DNA of 64,000 nucleotides, taken from contig CM120641.1 of NCBI GenBank assembly GCA_051362555.1, forward strand, positions 27,782,401 through 27,846,400, written 5' to 3'. Source of the stretch: Lingula anatina (taxonomy: Eukaryota; Animalia; Brachiopoda). Positions 1 through 15,700 of this stretch are shown here, one piece after another (the first letter of the stretch is position 1; each line of letters starts with the position of its first letter). Position numbers and translations under genes: made by a program. The notes under the pieces are model-generated. The model was not told the DNA's origin. It was given only the letters and a program-made list of their open reading frames with translations, and ran no database searches.

Positions 1-767
1 GGTAATTGGCTAATGTTTTTTTTAACTGATGTCATATAAAATAGGTAAGCTAATGTCATGCACTTTTTTGAGTCTTCTAATCTGTTCACAAATAAGGATG
101 TCATTATACTGCACTTATATTAATTCAATTTTTTTGACATCAGAGACAATATTTTTCATATTTCCATTTTTATATGCCATAAAAAATACTTGCCTGGGTA
201 TAGTGATCAAATTTAAATAAGTTTTGAAAGAATGTCAACCAATCTACCAAAAATGTCAAAATCAAATCAAACCCTATCAATAACTCCATTCATGGAACTT
301 CCAGTCCTGTCATGTTTATTTTACAATTCTTCTCTAAAAGTCAAGTTTCAATTATTATACTACCTCATGACCCCACTCTTAGTCTTATAGTCTCATCACT
401 CTTTATCTTATATTTTATTAGAATTTCACACTAGTGATAAATGATTTAAATTTCAATCTATGGTCCATTCTACACAGCCAGTATAAGAATGCTGCTGTCC
501 TGCAGTGGTCAATAATGTTTATTACACATCAAATATATCATTTTGACTGCTGACATTACATTTCATCACAAAACAAAAAGATATTTCCCAGTGGATTTTT
601 TCCTGTCAGGATAACTCACTTCACGTTAGGTATCATTAGCCACAAAGCAATGCCATATTACCAATGAAGTCAGCAAAGCATTGGAAAGCAAAATTAATCC
701 CATTGGAAAATGAGCAAAGAATTTTCAATCTACACAAAATACGGGGTTATTTTTTTTTTTTCATTAC

Positions 768-960
768 CTCCCTCAATGTTGGTTTCCCCTTGAAGAACTT
801 GGTGTTTTGGCTTGTGTGTGGTGGGCTGAACTTGGGATTGAGGAACACACAGCCGGCTGCTATGGCTTCAAGTGGAGCTGGCCCTTCATAAGGGAATCCC
901 AGGCCAACAAATATCTAGAAGAACAACAACAAAGACAAGTAAAACCTCATACTCACATAA

Positions 961-1004
<44 letters not shown>

Positions 1005-2372
1005 CATGTGCATCCACAACTACTTGCTTGTGTGGTATTAATTTGCATGCATGCACGTGTGTACACGCAACTATTTGTTTGTGTGGCATTTGCATGAATT
1101 TGTGTGTGTGCAAATGTGTGTGTTTGTATATGCACATTTTTGGCATAGTAAAAGAAGGTTGAAACACATCTGGTCTTGCACTAGAAGCAGAAACCTTTCA
1201 CATGCGGACAGCAATCAACATCAATCTCCATGATAGTGTATGAGAGTCGATGCAAATATCAGACATCAAACTCACTTTGGACTTTCTCAAAAATATCAGA
1301 CATCAAACTCACTTTGGACTCTCTCAAAAGCTTCTGTATCTCGCCAGGGCTGAGGATTCCATGATTTATAACATAGGATGGCACCTCCTGTTTATCTTCA
1401 TTCTTCACACCCCCGGCATAAAATGTGGAATGAATTTCAAAGAATTCATGGATAATGTCAAGGTATTGCTTCTTGCCCTGGAAAATGAATGGGGGCCATA
1501 TGATCATATCAGTATGTGGATTATGCTGAAGATGCCTTTTGAAGATCACTATTTGTATTTAACTTTATCACAATGCATGTAACATAAGAAACGTTCATTT
1601 ATAAGTTGTTCTTGCATGTTTACCATTTCTGTTTCTTTATCATAACCCAAATTATCAACTTTACAGCTGACGCCTGTTTACTTATTGGAAAATGTCATTA
1701 CTGTCAAGCATTTAACAGAAATAATATTCTTACACACGAAATTTTGAGAGTCTGTAGGGTTTATCATTTACTGCCTTTATGGCAAATGACACAGTGATAT
1801 CATTAATACCTCTGTTCCAAGTTCTGGATGAGTGCACATAGTACTGTATCTTATATAAAAATTTGGACTGTTTTTCAACAGTGAGCTCTATAGTCATTGA
1901 ATTATTAACATATTTAAACTCTTTTAATGAAAAGAAAAATAGTACAGCTTTTTCATGCATATTTGAAATGTAAGGAATGCAATTTTAAAAATTCAACAAC
2001 GTCATTACTGAAACCAGAAATTATTTCCATTTTGGGACAAAGTTCAACCAATTATCCCTTCTTAACCAATTGAATGTAACCTAACAGATGGAGGAAATAT
2101 TATTCCAGTCAGGGTCTTCTTACCTTCCACATGGACAGATGTTTCCCATACACCAGGGCCTGGTCCTCTTTTCTAACTACCCTGTTCAAAGAAGAGATAT
2201 TATCCGGCGTCTCCACAACAAAACCAATGAAAGAGTTATCTGGAGTATGGGCTAGAAAAAAAAAAGATAATATGCTCAGAAAAATGAGATTGTCGATTCA
2301 TAGAACAAAAATTTACTTAAATTTTGCATGGTTGGTTTTCTCACTGGAAAAACAAAGTGATAGTGAGAGCTT

Positions 2373-2424
<52 letters not shown>

Positions 2425-5400
2425 AAGGGAATTTCATGAATCAGAATGGCAGTGAGAAACAACTAATGCATTTCATATTATGTTCAAAGACCTGAATGCA
2501 TTCAGAGATTTAAAATGTTTTATTTATCTTCTAACTGATTGCGAAAATGCATTGCCAATTTTATTTAACAATAAAGAAACCCAGGCTTATGTGAACCAAT
2601 GCTTCCTATTAATCAAAACGAAAGAAAAGGTGTCCCATCATATCCCTTAAGCTTTCTATGTACTTACGAAACATGTTAAAGAACTGTTGAGGAATGAGGT
2701 TTTGTCTGCCCCAGGTGGTCATCATTTTGTGTGCCTTGGCATACTGATCATGGTTGAAGCTTGGTTCAGTACCAAATGAATCAATAACTCTTAGGAGACA
2801 GCTGAAAAAAAAAGGAAATCCTTAATTAAAACATGGTCTATTAAGTAGAGACCTGAGTAATGCACTTCACAAAATTAATAGGTCATTAATTAGAGGTTTA
2901 TCTGGTATCGTACCCTACAAGGAAATGAAAAAATAACCTTTTAATATCAGATGGCAACATTTAACATCAGGCAGTATGTCATTTTTTCTCTCGTTCAACT
3001 GTGCAAAGATGCTGAAAAAAAGGAATTAGATACCTAAATTTTCAAACATGTCTGTAGCTTGTCTGAATAATAGAAATACTCTTAATATATTTAAGTACCT
3101 CTTTTAAAGCTAACACAATTCTGCAATATACACGTGGAATAACATGCCGTTATTGCCAAGTAATAACTAAAAATTGAAATTCAAACAGAGAGATGTGTAC
3201 AATTACAAAGATGAAATAATTTCAACAGGACATGAAAGTTAGAGTAGGCCATTTTTGTTACATCAATTTTTTTCATTTTTTATTTCACTGATGTAGATAA
3301 AACATTACGTAAGATAAGCTGACAATTTAACAAGACCGCACAAAAATCTGTAATGGCAACAGAAGGCAAAGGAGCCAGTAGGCATTGACTAAGATCTAAA
3401 CAAATTTTGTTAAGTTGACCATTTTATTTCATTTGAATACACGGGGACTGCAAAGACGACGTTTGACTCTTAGCTTAAAATACAAAAATTGCTTGAATAT
3501 TGTTTTTTTATTATTATTATGCAGGATATGCATCCATCATTTTGCTAGTCTCACATTTAACTCAAATTCCAAACAAAAACCACAAACAAACTTTTTTATG
3601 GAACATGCGTCACTCGGGCTCCTTACGTTAATCTTACAATCAGCACGAGGGCATGCAGCGGAAATAACAACACAGGGAAAGAGCTTCTCTATTCCCATAT
3701 ACATTGAAAAATCAATAGCAAAAAGCATCTGACTTTTACTCTTTAGGAAATAGGCAGCTGGTTCATTGTTTAATAGACACAAAGGATAAAAGTGAGTACT
3801 AAAGTTTACTCAGTTTTTTATTAGGCTTCATAATACTTATTCATTTCCCTAAAACTATCAAGTGTATTCTTTGTATTGTCATAAATTTCTGCTTATTTCC
3901 TTTCCACAGCTCACATGAAGGTGAGATATCTTTTATCATGCTACGGACTGTGCAAGGCATAAGGGAAATGATCTTGTTCACAACTAATGCTTTTCAAATG
4001 TTTTAAGCACATATATAATCAAGTTAAAGAATAGTTATCAAGTATCAAAACCTGAATTCCAAAGACTGTTTGCCACAATACCTGTAAACAGCTGTGTGCT
4101 TTCATCTCACAGATTCTACATTTCATATTAAATTTCATATAAATTTCAAGAGGCTATTATTGTGCTTTAAGATTTTAAAATTAACAAAATAATTAATGCC
4201 ATCGTCTAAAATTCCACTGTAGCATAAAAGCTCCGATGAACCAAAACCCCTTTGTATAATAAACAACTCACATTTCTTGGAGGTGAGTTACTCATTTTTA
4301 ACTTACGACATAAGCCGATTATAGCAGTAAATCACATGCCAAACATCAAATCATTTAACACGGCACCTTGACTCAGCTATCAGACATTTTATAGATTTCT
4401 TTACAGTTGAAGGAGTGAAGTATTTTCTTTGACCTATGTATTACGTCTAAGGGGTCCTTGTAAGGGACAGAAATCATCAAGTCTAATAGATCAGAGTTTA
4501 CAGATGATTCTCCGCGACTTCTCGTCTCCAAGGCATGACAGATTGAAAGATCACATACTATCAACCCCTTTTCCTAAATGATGTCTGCAATCTGTCATGT
4601 TAACAAGAAGATTGTGTGATAAGCTACTGTGATAAGCTGAGCTAGGAGGAGATGTAACTTCTGTCATTCAGCTTTAAATTCTAGGAGCATTATTGTGGTC
4701 AAACTGAATAAAGCTTCTGGAAATGGTCCAACTGATAACAGAAGTGGCCAGATTGTTTAATGACATACATTGCATGTAGAGACCTTTATAAAACAAAAAA
4801 CAAAAAAAAATTCTTCCTTGAAGTTTCAGCAATTTCTCCTTTTTCACTAAGTTTACCCTATCCAAGACTGTTGAAAAACTTATGATTTATAAGATTCATT
4901 TTCAAGTTTTAAATGTCTAATTATCAGTATTGTAAAATTCATCTATCTCTATCTTTATCTCCATTTCAAGAGTGAAATTGGAACTTAGAAAGTACTGTGA
5001 TTTCCAGAAAAAATCAAGTCTTGTTACATACGTAGTTCTAGCTAAGAAGTTCAACACCCTTAATAAGACCCTTAAACATGGCATTTGACAGTCTTAAGCC
5101 AGATGGACATCCCTATGTAATCTTGTCATTTGGTGATGTCGCTCAGACTATTACCAGTTTAGGTTAGTCCTAAAAGGTTTCTGGACTATATACCTGCAAG
5201 TTTTAAAGCCCATGCATGCATACATGATGGCTATTTCATCACTGATATTTGGAAATGCAGAGTGGTATCATGTTAAGGGATCAGGTATTTTTTCTATAGG
5301 ATGGAATGTTTCAATATATTCATGTATGTGGAGAGATACTGGTAAAAAAGGTTAATATTCTGCAGCCTATCAGTTCAAATTTATAAAACACGGATGAGAA

Positions 5401-6709
5401 AATTACCAGTGTGACTACCATTATTTCAGCTTATTCATACCTGGATGCACATTTATTTACAAATGCATATTAAAATAATAACCACCACTGAAGAATCAAT
5501 TATTAAGTCATTTCATTACTGACAAATGGTATTTGAAATAAATAACGTACAGTCAATTTCATCTGCAGTGCTCTCTTATTTTGTCGAATGTTCAACTGCT
5601 GGGCAATGTGTCGTTTATACCAGAAAATTTAAGCAATCAAACACACAAATTTTAACACATAATTACAGTGACTTTCTCAATATGAAAAAATAATAGTCAT
5701 AATATACAATAATAATAATAATAATAATGCAATGAGAACAAAACATAAAACTTTATCATAACAGATGTCTCAGTCTAACCTGAATTTGCCGTAGCCATGC
5801 CCAACATACTGCTTGAACTGCTTGAGGCCCACTATATCTGTGAATATCACATCTACTGGAAGCGAGGAACGCACCTGACACTGTATCTTTGCATCTGGGA
5901 ACTTTGATAAAATTCTTGAAGAGAGAGAAAAAAAAGTATGAACAAAAGTAAATTGTTACTCAAAATGAATGTAGAGACATATAAGGGATTGGCATAACAC
6001 AAGCGACGAAAAAGAAAGTCATAATACATCATGTACAAGCGACGAAAAAGAAAGTCATAATACATCATGTTTTCTAGTGAAATATTTTGTGGAAGTCAAC
6101 AAATCACAATGAACATGATGAAGACAAATTGTTATGTATGTGAAATATGATAGTCACCACAATCAGAGATCAACTAATGCAATCACACACGTAGCCAATG
6201 CTTTTTATTTTTTTCTTTCTTATTTTTTGTATGCAGTAATGAAATTTATTTCAAAATATTTTTTAAATCTCAACAAGTTAAAAAGATTAAATAAAAGTGG
6301 GAAAAAAAACAACGAAATTTGAGAACAGAGACTATTCTGTTTTTTTTTTTTTTTCAAACAAAATATTAAAAAAGATGTAGATGTATTAATTTGGTGTTTG
6401 TATCTTAGATAACTAAAAGAAGTGAAGTTTACATGGAAAATTACTTCAAACGTACAAAGAATATAATGAAGATATGCTGCTTGGAGTACTTGCTTTCCAT
6501 GTCTTTAATGAGAGTGAAAAAAGGGACAAAGATGTGAGAAAAGAAAAGTGACATACTTTCTTAGCTCCTCTACTTCACTTGTTATAGTCAGTTTGTGACC
6601 TAATAAATATAAACTGGTTATGATATCACTCCACTGCAATAATTCACCCAGGGGTCCACCTAAAAATACCAAATAAATGAATAAATAAATCATACCTAAA
6701 AATACCCAA

Positions 6710-6748
<39 letters not shown>

Positions 6749-9700
6749 ATGATAAGTGGGTATTTCTGCGACTGTCTGCTTCAAGTACACATACTATTAA
6801 ACATAAATTCTTGATTATTTTTATTCTTGTAAGTAAAAAATTACAAAATAAAAAAACATGTTTTAAAAACCTAGAAAGTAAAGCGCAATACAGACACCAT
6901 TGAAAAGAGACATTGCTTCCATCTGAATATAGTGTGTTTAACTGACAAAGAGCCTGTATAAATGAACCATGTCACTTGTAGGTGTTCCTTACCTTTATCT
7001 GCAGTCTCAGCAAATTTGAACCCAGACTGTTTTGTCAGAGCCCCTATATGAATGAGTATCTGAAAACAACAAAAAACCACAACATGCCCGTATAAATGTG
7101 ACAGCTTGACCAGAAAACTGAAATTTTACCTCAGTTGCCTACGTCAAAATGGGATTGAAAACCAAAGAAATTTGCTGCTATAGAAATTACTCAGTGACTT
7201 AACATTATTTTTATGGCATGCGTTATCCTTCGGTCCTTAAGTGTTGTCCAGTTCAGTTGTCTTAGTACCTTGAATGTATCAGAACCAGGTAAAGCACCCA
7301 GGACCAGTAAACCCGCTTGGTGGTGAATTGAAGAGAGTTTTAAGAGGGTTCTTATGCTCACTCTACAGAACATCACAGTAATCAACACTGTATAAAATAT
7401 TAAGATGCTTGGACCTGAGCTTTTGAGAAAAGTATCTTAATATTTTATACAATGTTGAAGAGAGTTTTGAGAGGGTTCTTATGCTCGCTGAATGGTAGAG
7501 AACAATACAGTAATCAACATTGTATAAAATATTAAGATGCTTTGACCTGAGCTTATGAGAAAGGTATCTTAAGGGGTTCAAGGCCTTTGGGGCTTTAGAA
7601 GCTATGTAGCTAATATCTTCAGAAAAAGTCAGTTTTGAGTGTAGGACAAATCCTAGGTGTTTATGAAATGTTTTCCTTGGAATCTCCTGCTTGGTAGTGA
7701 ATTAAATTGAGTTTTGAGAAGTTTCTTATGGTCGCTGAATAGAAAGGTTGTCAGTTAAGTCATTAATATAAAGGAGAAAGGGCAAGGGACATAGGGTGCT
7801 ACCTTGAGGGATGCTGGTATTAATATAGCCTCCTTCAGTTGATTCGGATAACAGGCCATTAATAGATACCCTCACTTTTCTGTTCTGCAGGTATGATGAT
7901 AAAAGTGAAAATAATTTACCTTTGAACCCGTACGCTGACAATTTAATTAATAGCAGTTTATGCAGGACTCTGTCGAAGGCTACCGAAATATCGAAAAATA
8001 TTCCTCTTATGTCCCGTCCTTTTCTTAAGTTACTCTTATCAAATTTTGAATTGCCAGTAGCTGACGTTCTGTGCTATGACCTTTGAGAAATCCAGATTAA
8101 ACAGTAAATTGTTATTTTTATGTACAGGTAGAAAAGTATCAAAAGAGGTCATGAGCGTACTGTGATCCAATAGGAGTCTCGACAGACACGCTCGTTACCA
8201 TTCCTGGAATGTTAGTTATAGTTAAGTCAATGCAGGTAGATGAATTCCCTTGTATTCTGGTCGGTTTATTCAAGAGTTGATCTAAACCATGGGTGTGTAG
8301 AAGTTCATTTATTGATTGCCCTATTGCATCCTCTTTCCCCTCCATGAACCAGTTTTTTGAATGGGCATTAAAGTCCCCATTAATAAATATTCCATCAGTT
8401 CTAGATGATATAGCTAATAAGTGCAAACAATCAGAAAAGTCACTTAAAAATTTTTCTCTCTGAGACATTCTGACTGGATGATCTGTAGAAAATACCTCAT
8501 AGAAATCTTTTGTATTTTATCTCAATTTCCATCCACAGGCAATCTGATGTACTACTGCATAAGTCAGCACTTTCTTCATAAAGAATATTGGTACTTATGT
8601 AAGTCATTAATATCACTGTGCTGTGATAAACTTCAGGCTAATATTAATGGGAAAACCAACTAGATTGATACCATTAATGACAAATGTTACTAACATTTTT
8701 CTGTTTTCTTCCCTTCAAACTGCTTTTGCTGTTCAAATCTATTGCACTTTGCTTCCATTTTGGCCAGATCTGCTGGATGCGATGGCGTATCCAGGCATAT
8801 GGCTTGCGGCTGTTTGAGTCTGTCAACAAATTCATCAGCGCAGCTGCATTCTCTGGTATTATGGCCTATAACAGAGGCAACAAACTCCAATTTCCAGAGT
8901 ACAATACTGAAATGTGTTATTTTATGGATTTGCCAACTTATATAGAATAAAGCTTTTAAGGCATAAGAGAGCTTGCAAACCACTTGGATGAAATGCTCCA
9001 TAAAATCAAAATTTTTTCCCATCTTTGATAACTTTCCCTTAATATCACTTCAACAACTTATTTTAATAAAATAAAAATAAATATTATTCTATAGTTAATA
9101 AAAAATAAACTATTATTCTATAATATACTTCACCTCGTTGCGATTTTGTAGATGCTGTGACTCGGATACATTGAGTCGCCATGGAAATTTTGGACACCAA
9201 TTCTCCACCTAAAATATAGAGAAAATGCCAATATATGAAAACTAAAAAAAAAAAAAAAAACACAAAAAATGCATTAATTTAAGAAAAATGGACTGATCCA
9301 AAAAAAGCTAAACTTAATGTATATTATACCAGTAATAGGACCAGTAATTTTTAGGATATTAGGTCACATTGTCATCCATTTATTGCATTAGCAATGCAAA
9401 GTGCACAGGTACAATGACAAAACAGCAACAATGATACCACCAACATAGACCACAGACATTTTTGTTTGCTTGTTTGCATTTGATCATCAATACTGTTTAG
9501 TTGCAAGACACCCAACAATAATTACTTTAACTCACAAATCTTTCCTTTGCATATAGGATAATTTAAGAACATTTGGTCATTTTCTTTCAAAATAATGTTT
9601 CGAAATTATCTTCGCACAATCTTACCTCACTTAAATAAATGATAAAAGAACATACAGAGCCATCTACACCTAAATTGCTGTAACACTTGTCTGACTTCCA

Positions 9701-12700
9701 GTGGCCCTTCATCCACTGAAAAAAAAGTTAAAATTACTGGGTAAATGTGCATGTTCAAAAATGTTAAATGAGAATTCCATGGCAAAATCTTTTAGCAAGG
9801 TATGTATACTCTTAATATTTTTTTTTATCTTATTTCTTTCTTTTATACTCTGCTATCTTGATAATGATATGATGTGCTTGATTGTCTGCATCAAAATAAA
9901 AGAGAGCACTAATAAAAATGATGTACATGGACATGATGATTCATAATGGATGTTTTATAAAAATAGCTATAGATATATATATAAGGGTACAAGAAGAATA
10001 GCCATAGTTTTCATGAAAAAAAGTCTCACATCAACTTTTCCCAAACAGTGAGGATAAGTATACTTGTGGTCATCAGGGAGGGAGCACTTCTCAGCTTCAC
10101 CTTGCAACAGTTCTTCAAAAATAAAACAGAAAGGAAACATTTATCTTCAAATGAGGATAGAGCTGCCAACATCTGAAGGTTGCATGCCATTTCAACAGCC
10201 AAAGTATCGCATTATTCAGAGTTTTCATTTGTAAATAAATTCATTCAGTTTTATGCATTATTTTAAGTACTGCAGTTAAAAAAGATATCTTGTTCAGTCA
10301 AATAAAATCTGTGAACAAATATTTTTTAGCATTTCATTCTCTTCACTCAGGGTGCTAGTGCACTTAAAGTTTGATAAACCACCTTTTTCCAAAACACCCC
10401 TCTGCTGATAACAATGATACTAATACAACACAGAAATAATAGCAAAAAGCTATCACATCCCTGCAACGGAAGGTACACGAATGTGACATACATAAACAAT
10501 TGTACATATCACAAAGGTTGACTTCTTCATCCTAAAGCACATGCACATGGGTGCGAACAAACAGCAAGAGAATATAGTGCTATAATGGACAAGGTGCTCT
10601 ACAATAACCAGGCCTGTTGCCAGGGGAGGTTCGGGTGGTACAAATGACCTGCTCTTTAGACTTCCAAAAAGTCTTCTCTGAATCAAAACTAGTCTCTGTT
10701 TCATTATAGTAAAAAGGTCCATTTTTTGGTTCTAGAAAAAAAAGATGCCATCCCTGAAGTTGCTGGCTACAGGCCTGCGACCATAATATATATGAAACGT
10801 AGAAATGCAGAAATTAATACAATAGTGCAACAGGGAATGCAGATGTGCATCTAAGAGTCAACAAGTGCACATATATAACTGTTTAAAACAACCAGAAAAC
10901 ATACACATTTTAATTGTATATAACATACAAGTTGAACTATAATAATAATATTTCAAGCATTATATTAACAATTTCAGTCAAGATAATACAGTCATCCGAA
11001 ATCCTGAATTAAATACCTAAAGCCATTAGCTGCATTCAGACAAGGTACATTCTGGACTGAAATATATGCAGTCTAACTCCCTCCTCCAAACTCCATCACC
11101 CTGATTTTCAGCAGACACTGCGAACTCACCTGGCATGCTGATGGAAGAGAGGCAAGTTTCTAATGTCCTTTGAAACTCGGGGTGCATTTCACAAATTAAA
11201 TGTGTCTGGTCTCATTCACAACAGATGATCCATTAACTTCATGTGCCGTGGACTAAATATGGCCTACCCTACTAAAAAGCAATACCAAATAATCCCTTAA
11301 TGGTCTCCCCCACCTCCACACGAACCTTCCCTGTAGGGGCCTAGCATTTAAACCTCGAAGCCAAATTTTAATCGGTGCGGAGGCAGGGAGACCATTAAAG
11401 GATTAGGTGGTCTTGCTTTCATGTAGGGTCCGCCATATTGGATCCATGGATCAGTAGATCCTAGGATCATCTGTCATCTGTTCTGAATGTGACCTTTGCT
11501 ATTTTTGACTGCCTGAGGATGAGAGTTCAGGTTAGGTCAAAATATGATCTTAATATAAGTAGTCCACATTAAAGAAAAATTAAGTGCAGCCATAATATCA
11601 TGCGGGTAAATGATTAAAATTTTAACACCAAAATGCTTAAGTGGAATGTCCATATATAACATCTCTTGTCAGGTAAAGACACTTGATAATGTTATAGTCA
11701 TGCAAATTGATTGTTCATAAATTGCTGTCACATATTAATTGAAAGAAACTGATAAAAATGCATTACGAATGAATGACTGTGTCACATTAGAACGAGACAA
11801 TATATGGGGATTTAGGTTTTTCATCGTCCCTTGTGTAATGATGATAAAAAAAGTATATTGATTCTAAAGAGAAGTGTCAGTCACGCTATCAAGGCCCCTT
11901 GAAAGGTGGAAGCATCGTGCCTCAGGTAGCAAACATTTAGGCTTCGTTCACATGCAATGTCTATTTTCTAATTTCTATTTTCTATTTGCGCTATCTTATG
12001 ATCACAGTCTGTGCCCTGAATATCCCACCGCGTAATTACTGGCAGCGCGAGCCAGTTACTTATAGTAACTTATAGTAACTGGCTCGCGCTGCCAGTAATT
12101 ACGCCGCAGGATATTCAGGCCACAGACCGTGATCATAAGACATACTGCAAATAGAAAATAGAATTTAGAAAATAGACATTGCATGTGAACGAAGCCTTAG
12201 TGTCTATAAAAATAATTTACTTTTTTATCAATACAATATGTGAATGGCTAATAATGGATAGCGACTTTGGTGTTAATTCAATTAGCCAGAAACATGACCA
12301 GCAACAGAAAAAAATTGGTAAAATTATGTTTATTTATTACAGTTTACAGTGCATCTAAAACTGCCAATACCATTGCAAATAAAGAAACAAATGAAGGAAT
12401 ACAAAATAACAGTATATTTATTACTGCCTTATAGTTAGTTTAAACTAATTAATGATGGTACACTGTAACTATGTAAAGGAGTACTAATGCAAACTAAACA
12501 TCCACTTACAATAAAATTTAAGATCATATTGAAACTGCAAAATTTACCAAATGCCCACAAAAACGTAAGATAACTTATCAAAAGACTTGTGGACATTCAC
12601 AATGCTACATGTAGGCTGTAATAAGTAAACACCAACTTTTTAACATGTTAAAGGTAAAGTAGATAAAGAATTTGAAGCAAAATTTCTAAATTATTTACTG

Positions 12701-15700
12701 TAAGGCATTTTCAAAGATGCGATCAGCTAGAATCCAACATAAGATTAGGATCTTTTGTTGGATCCCAGTTATCAGTAACCATCAACAAGATGAGGGAAAT
12801 GATATCATGAACGGTAACTCCCAATGACAAAAGCTGTCTGCTCTTGATCAGGCCAAGCAAAATCTATACAGTCTACTAAAAAAAATGTGCTGGCAATTTC
12901 TGCATCTCTGAAAAAGATGTAATTTTTCATTGCAACCAAAAAAAGGTATATTTACAATGCAATGGATTTTTCAATTAGATATTCCATATACTTTACCTTT
13001 AACAACAATATAATGAATACCAAATTGAAGAAAAAAAGGTTATCATTGACCGCACTTACGCTGCACTGTTACTTTCTTTGATCTCTTATGCTCTGTAAGG
13101 GCATTTACTGAACCTATATGGAATGAAATAAGTATAAACCCAATTAAAATGTACCGTACCAAGTTAGATAAAGAGAAACAAAACAATGAAGCTGAAATAT
13201 TAGTAGATAAAAAAAAAGATAAGCCAGGCTATAAGATTTCTTAAAAATGTTAGATAGAATGTCAGATTTGCGTAGAATCTATAATGCTTTGATTTTACCA
13301 GTCTAAAAAAGAATGCACATATATTTTGTTATAAGTTTATAAAAAAAATCAGGAATCCACATTCAGATCCAACCAACCCCAAACCTTATATGGGCTATCA
13401 TTCAATGCTTTAATTTATTTCACAGCCATGCAAGAGAATACCATATAATCTCCATCCATACATAAACTAACAGGGGCGGATTTAGGCCATCTTCTGGGTC
13501 TTCCAGAAGACAGTCAAATTTTCAAGTTTACATTAAAAGGTATCTAATTTTTTCTGTTGGAAGACAGTCAAAATTGGAGGATAAATCAATTAAGATAATT
13601 TGGAAGACTGCCAGAAAATAGCTCTGCATCCGCCCCTGACTAAGTTATCTAAAACCTCATGAGATTAATACATTCACTCTTTTTTTTTTTTTTTTTTTTT
13701 TGGTAATACAGATTGTATAAAGCTGTGTAACTTTTAGTAGTAGGTATTAATATTTCATCAATCAAGGAGAAAAAATAAAGTTATATAACAGAAAGACAGA
13801 CTAATTAAAGCATTTCCTTCAAAAACTGCCAAAATAAGTTAGTGAAATTATATTTATATGATGACATGACAAAATGCCCACCACACTTCAACTAGTGTGT
13901 CAAGTCTGCAATAACAAGAAAAAGAATAACATCATGCTTTCAAATGTGCTTTAAACAAAACTGTACAAAACACACGTACAAGATTAGTATAAATGACCTA
14001 TTTTAGTTGGGGGGGGGGGACTAAATAGTGTTACATACAACACACTTGAAGAGACCAGTTCATGCACATAATACATGTAGGTAAAAATATTCCACATATA
14101 TTATTAATTGATTTCCATCCAGAATAGCTGCCCTTAAGATATTCTGGCTTAGCAAACAGCAGTTAAAAATAAATAAAATCGGTTGACACCTCCTAAAGTT
14201 GTTAGGAGTCCAGTTCCTATGTAATTATTCTCAACAATCTAACATACAAGTAAATTGCTCTAACACCTTTCCCTGACATAGCTCAAAACTAACAACAGTA
14301 CAACACCGAGAAAAAAAATCAAAATGGCAGTAATGGCGTCTTATTACATCCATGCATACGTGTTTGAGTTTACATATATTTCTTGAGAGTCAAACTTGTT
14401 TTCAAGGCTGCTGGAACAAAAAGAGCATAAGAATTTTTTTCACGCTGAAAAAAGCCCCTTCTTCACATGACCAAACAGTAAAGGGGGCAAATCAAACATC
14501 TCTCCAATGTAAACATTGACATACTTTCACAAGGTTCATAGCGATAAAACTTGGCCGAGACAAAACTTGGCCCGATCTGAACTGATATGAACTGACCTTT
14601 AGCTCCCATTGGGTTCTCCTCCACCTTCTCCAGTGTTGACAATTTGACACTACTGTCCAGATTATACGAGGTGCCATTCAACAAGGAATCAAACTTATTC
14701 TCCATCTTATCCAATCTTCCCATGATGTGCTCCAATAATACTGCTAAGGTCTTTTTCAGGTCTAAAAAGTTGACACAATATTGTTTACAACATTCACTCT
14801 ATGCTATGTTTAATCCTTTGTTTTCAAGAAATAATAATAATAAGCTCAAATACAAATTACGTATCAGAAATTGTTTTTGGTCAAACTGATCAAATGATGT
14901 TGTTTAAAAATATCCATCAAGAAGGGGGGGGGTCTGAAATCTTCCTATTTTCTGTTCATATAAACTAATATGACATCCCAAAGGTATGTTACATCCTTCA
15001 AATTCTTAAATAATGAAATTACTAACTCCGTTCACACTGAATTTTTTTGGAAGTGAAAATAAAAAGAATACATGCCATGAAGCAAATTTGGTCTTAAAAA
15101 CTAACATTTAAAGGTTGTGCTAAGATTGAAAATCAATATTGACAGCTGGCATACACAATAGATATCTGTTGAGTCAACAACATATAATCTCATGTTTTTT
15201 ATCTTTCTTTTTTTTCTCTTCACCAAAATCCAATGAAGTGTCCACCACATTTGTGGGTCATCTAGCCTAAGTATTTCCAGAAATACTAATTTTGAGAAAA
15301 TTAAAAGAAATAAATCAACAATTTTTTTTTACTCTGATTGAAGAGATTTTAACAACATACAAAACCAAGAAAAATGGAAATCCCCATACCATAACTTGTA
15401 AGTCTCCCAGAATAAGGTCCATCCACTATATCTCTCTGTTCAGCGGCCAGAGCCTTCACATACTGTGCACTCAGTTGAACAATTTCCTCCTGGAATAATA
15501 AGCCAGAGTACCATCATGAAAATCTGACTCCCCAGTCAAAATTTCATTGAAAAATTTTGACTCCCATCATGAAATTTTGACTCCCACCCACAAAACTTCA
15601 TAAATCTTATTTTATTTGCGTATATGGCTTTTGTCTTGTAGTATGCATAATGGAGGATACTTAGGAACTTTTTGTTACTTTGCAGGTGAAAATTTTCAGT

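Noticed and set aside
807-1233. Several 60-96 aa ORFs rich in CV/HT repeats
   Set aside because: Translations of a TG microsatellite and antisense of an MGAT5 exon.
8690-9022. 110-aa ORF next to the LINE as possible ORF1
   Set aside because: Alternative frame overlapping the true MGAT5 exon 8695-8865.
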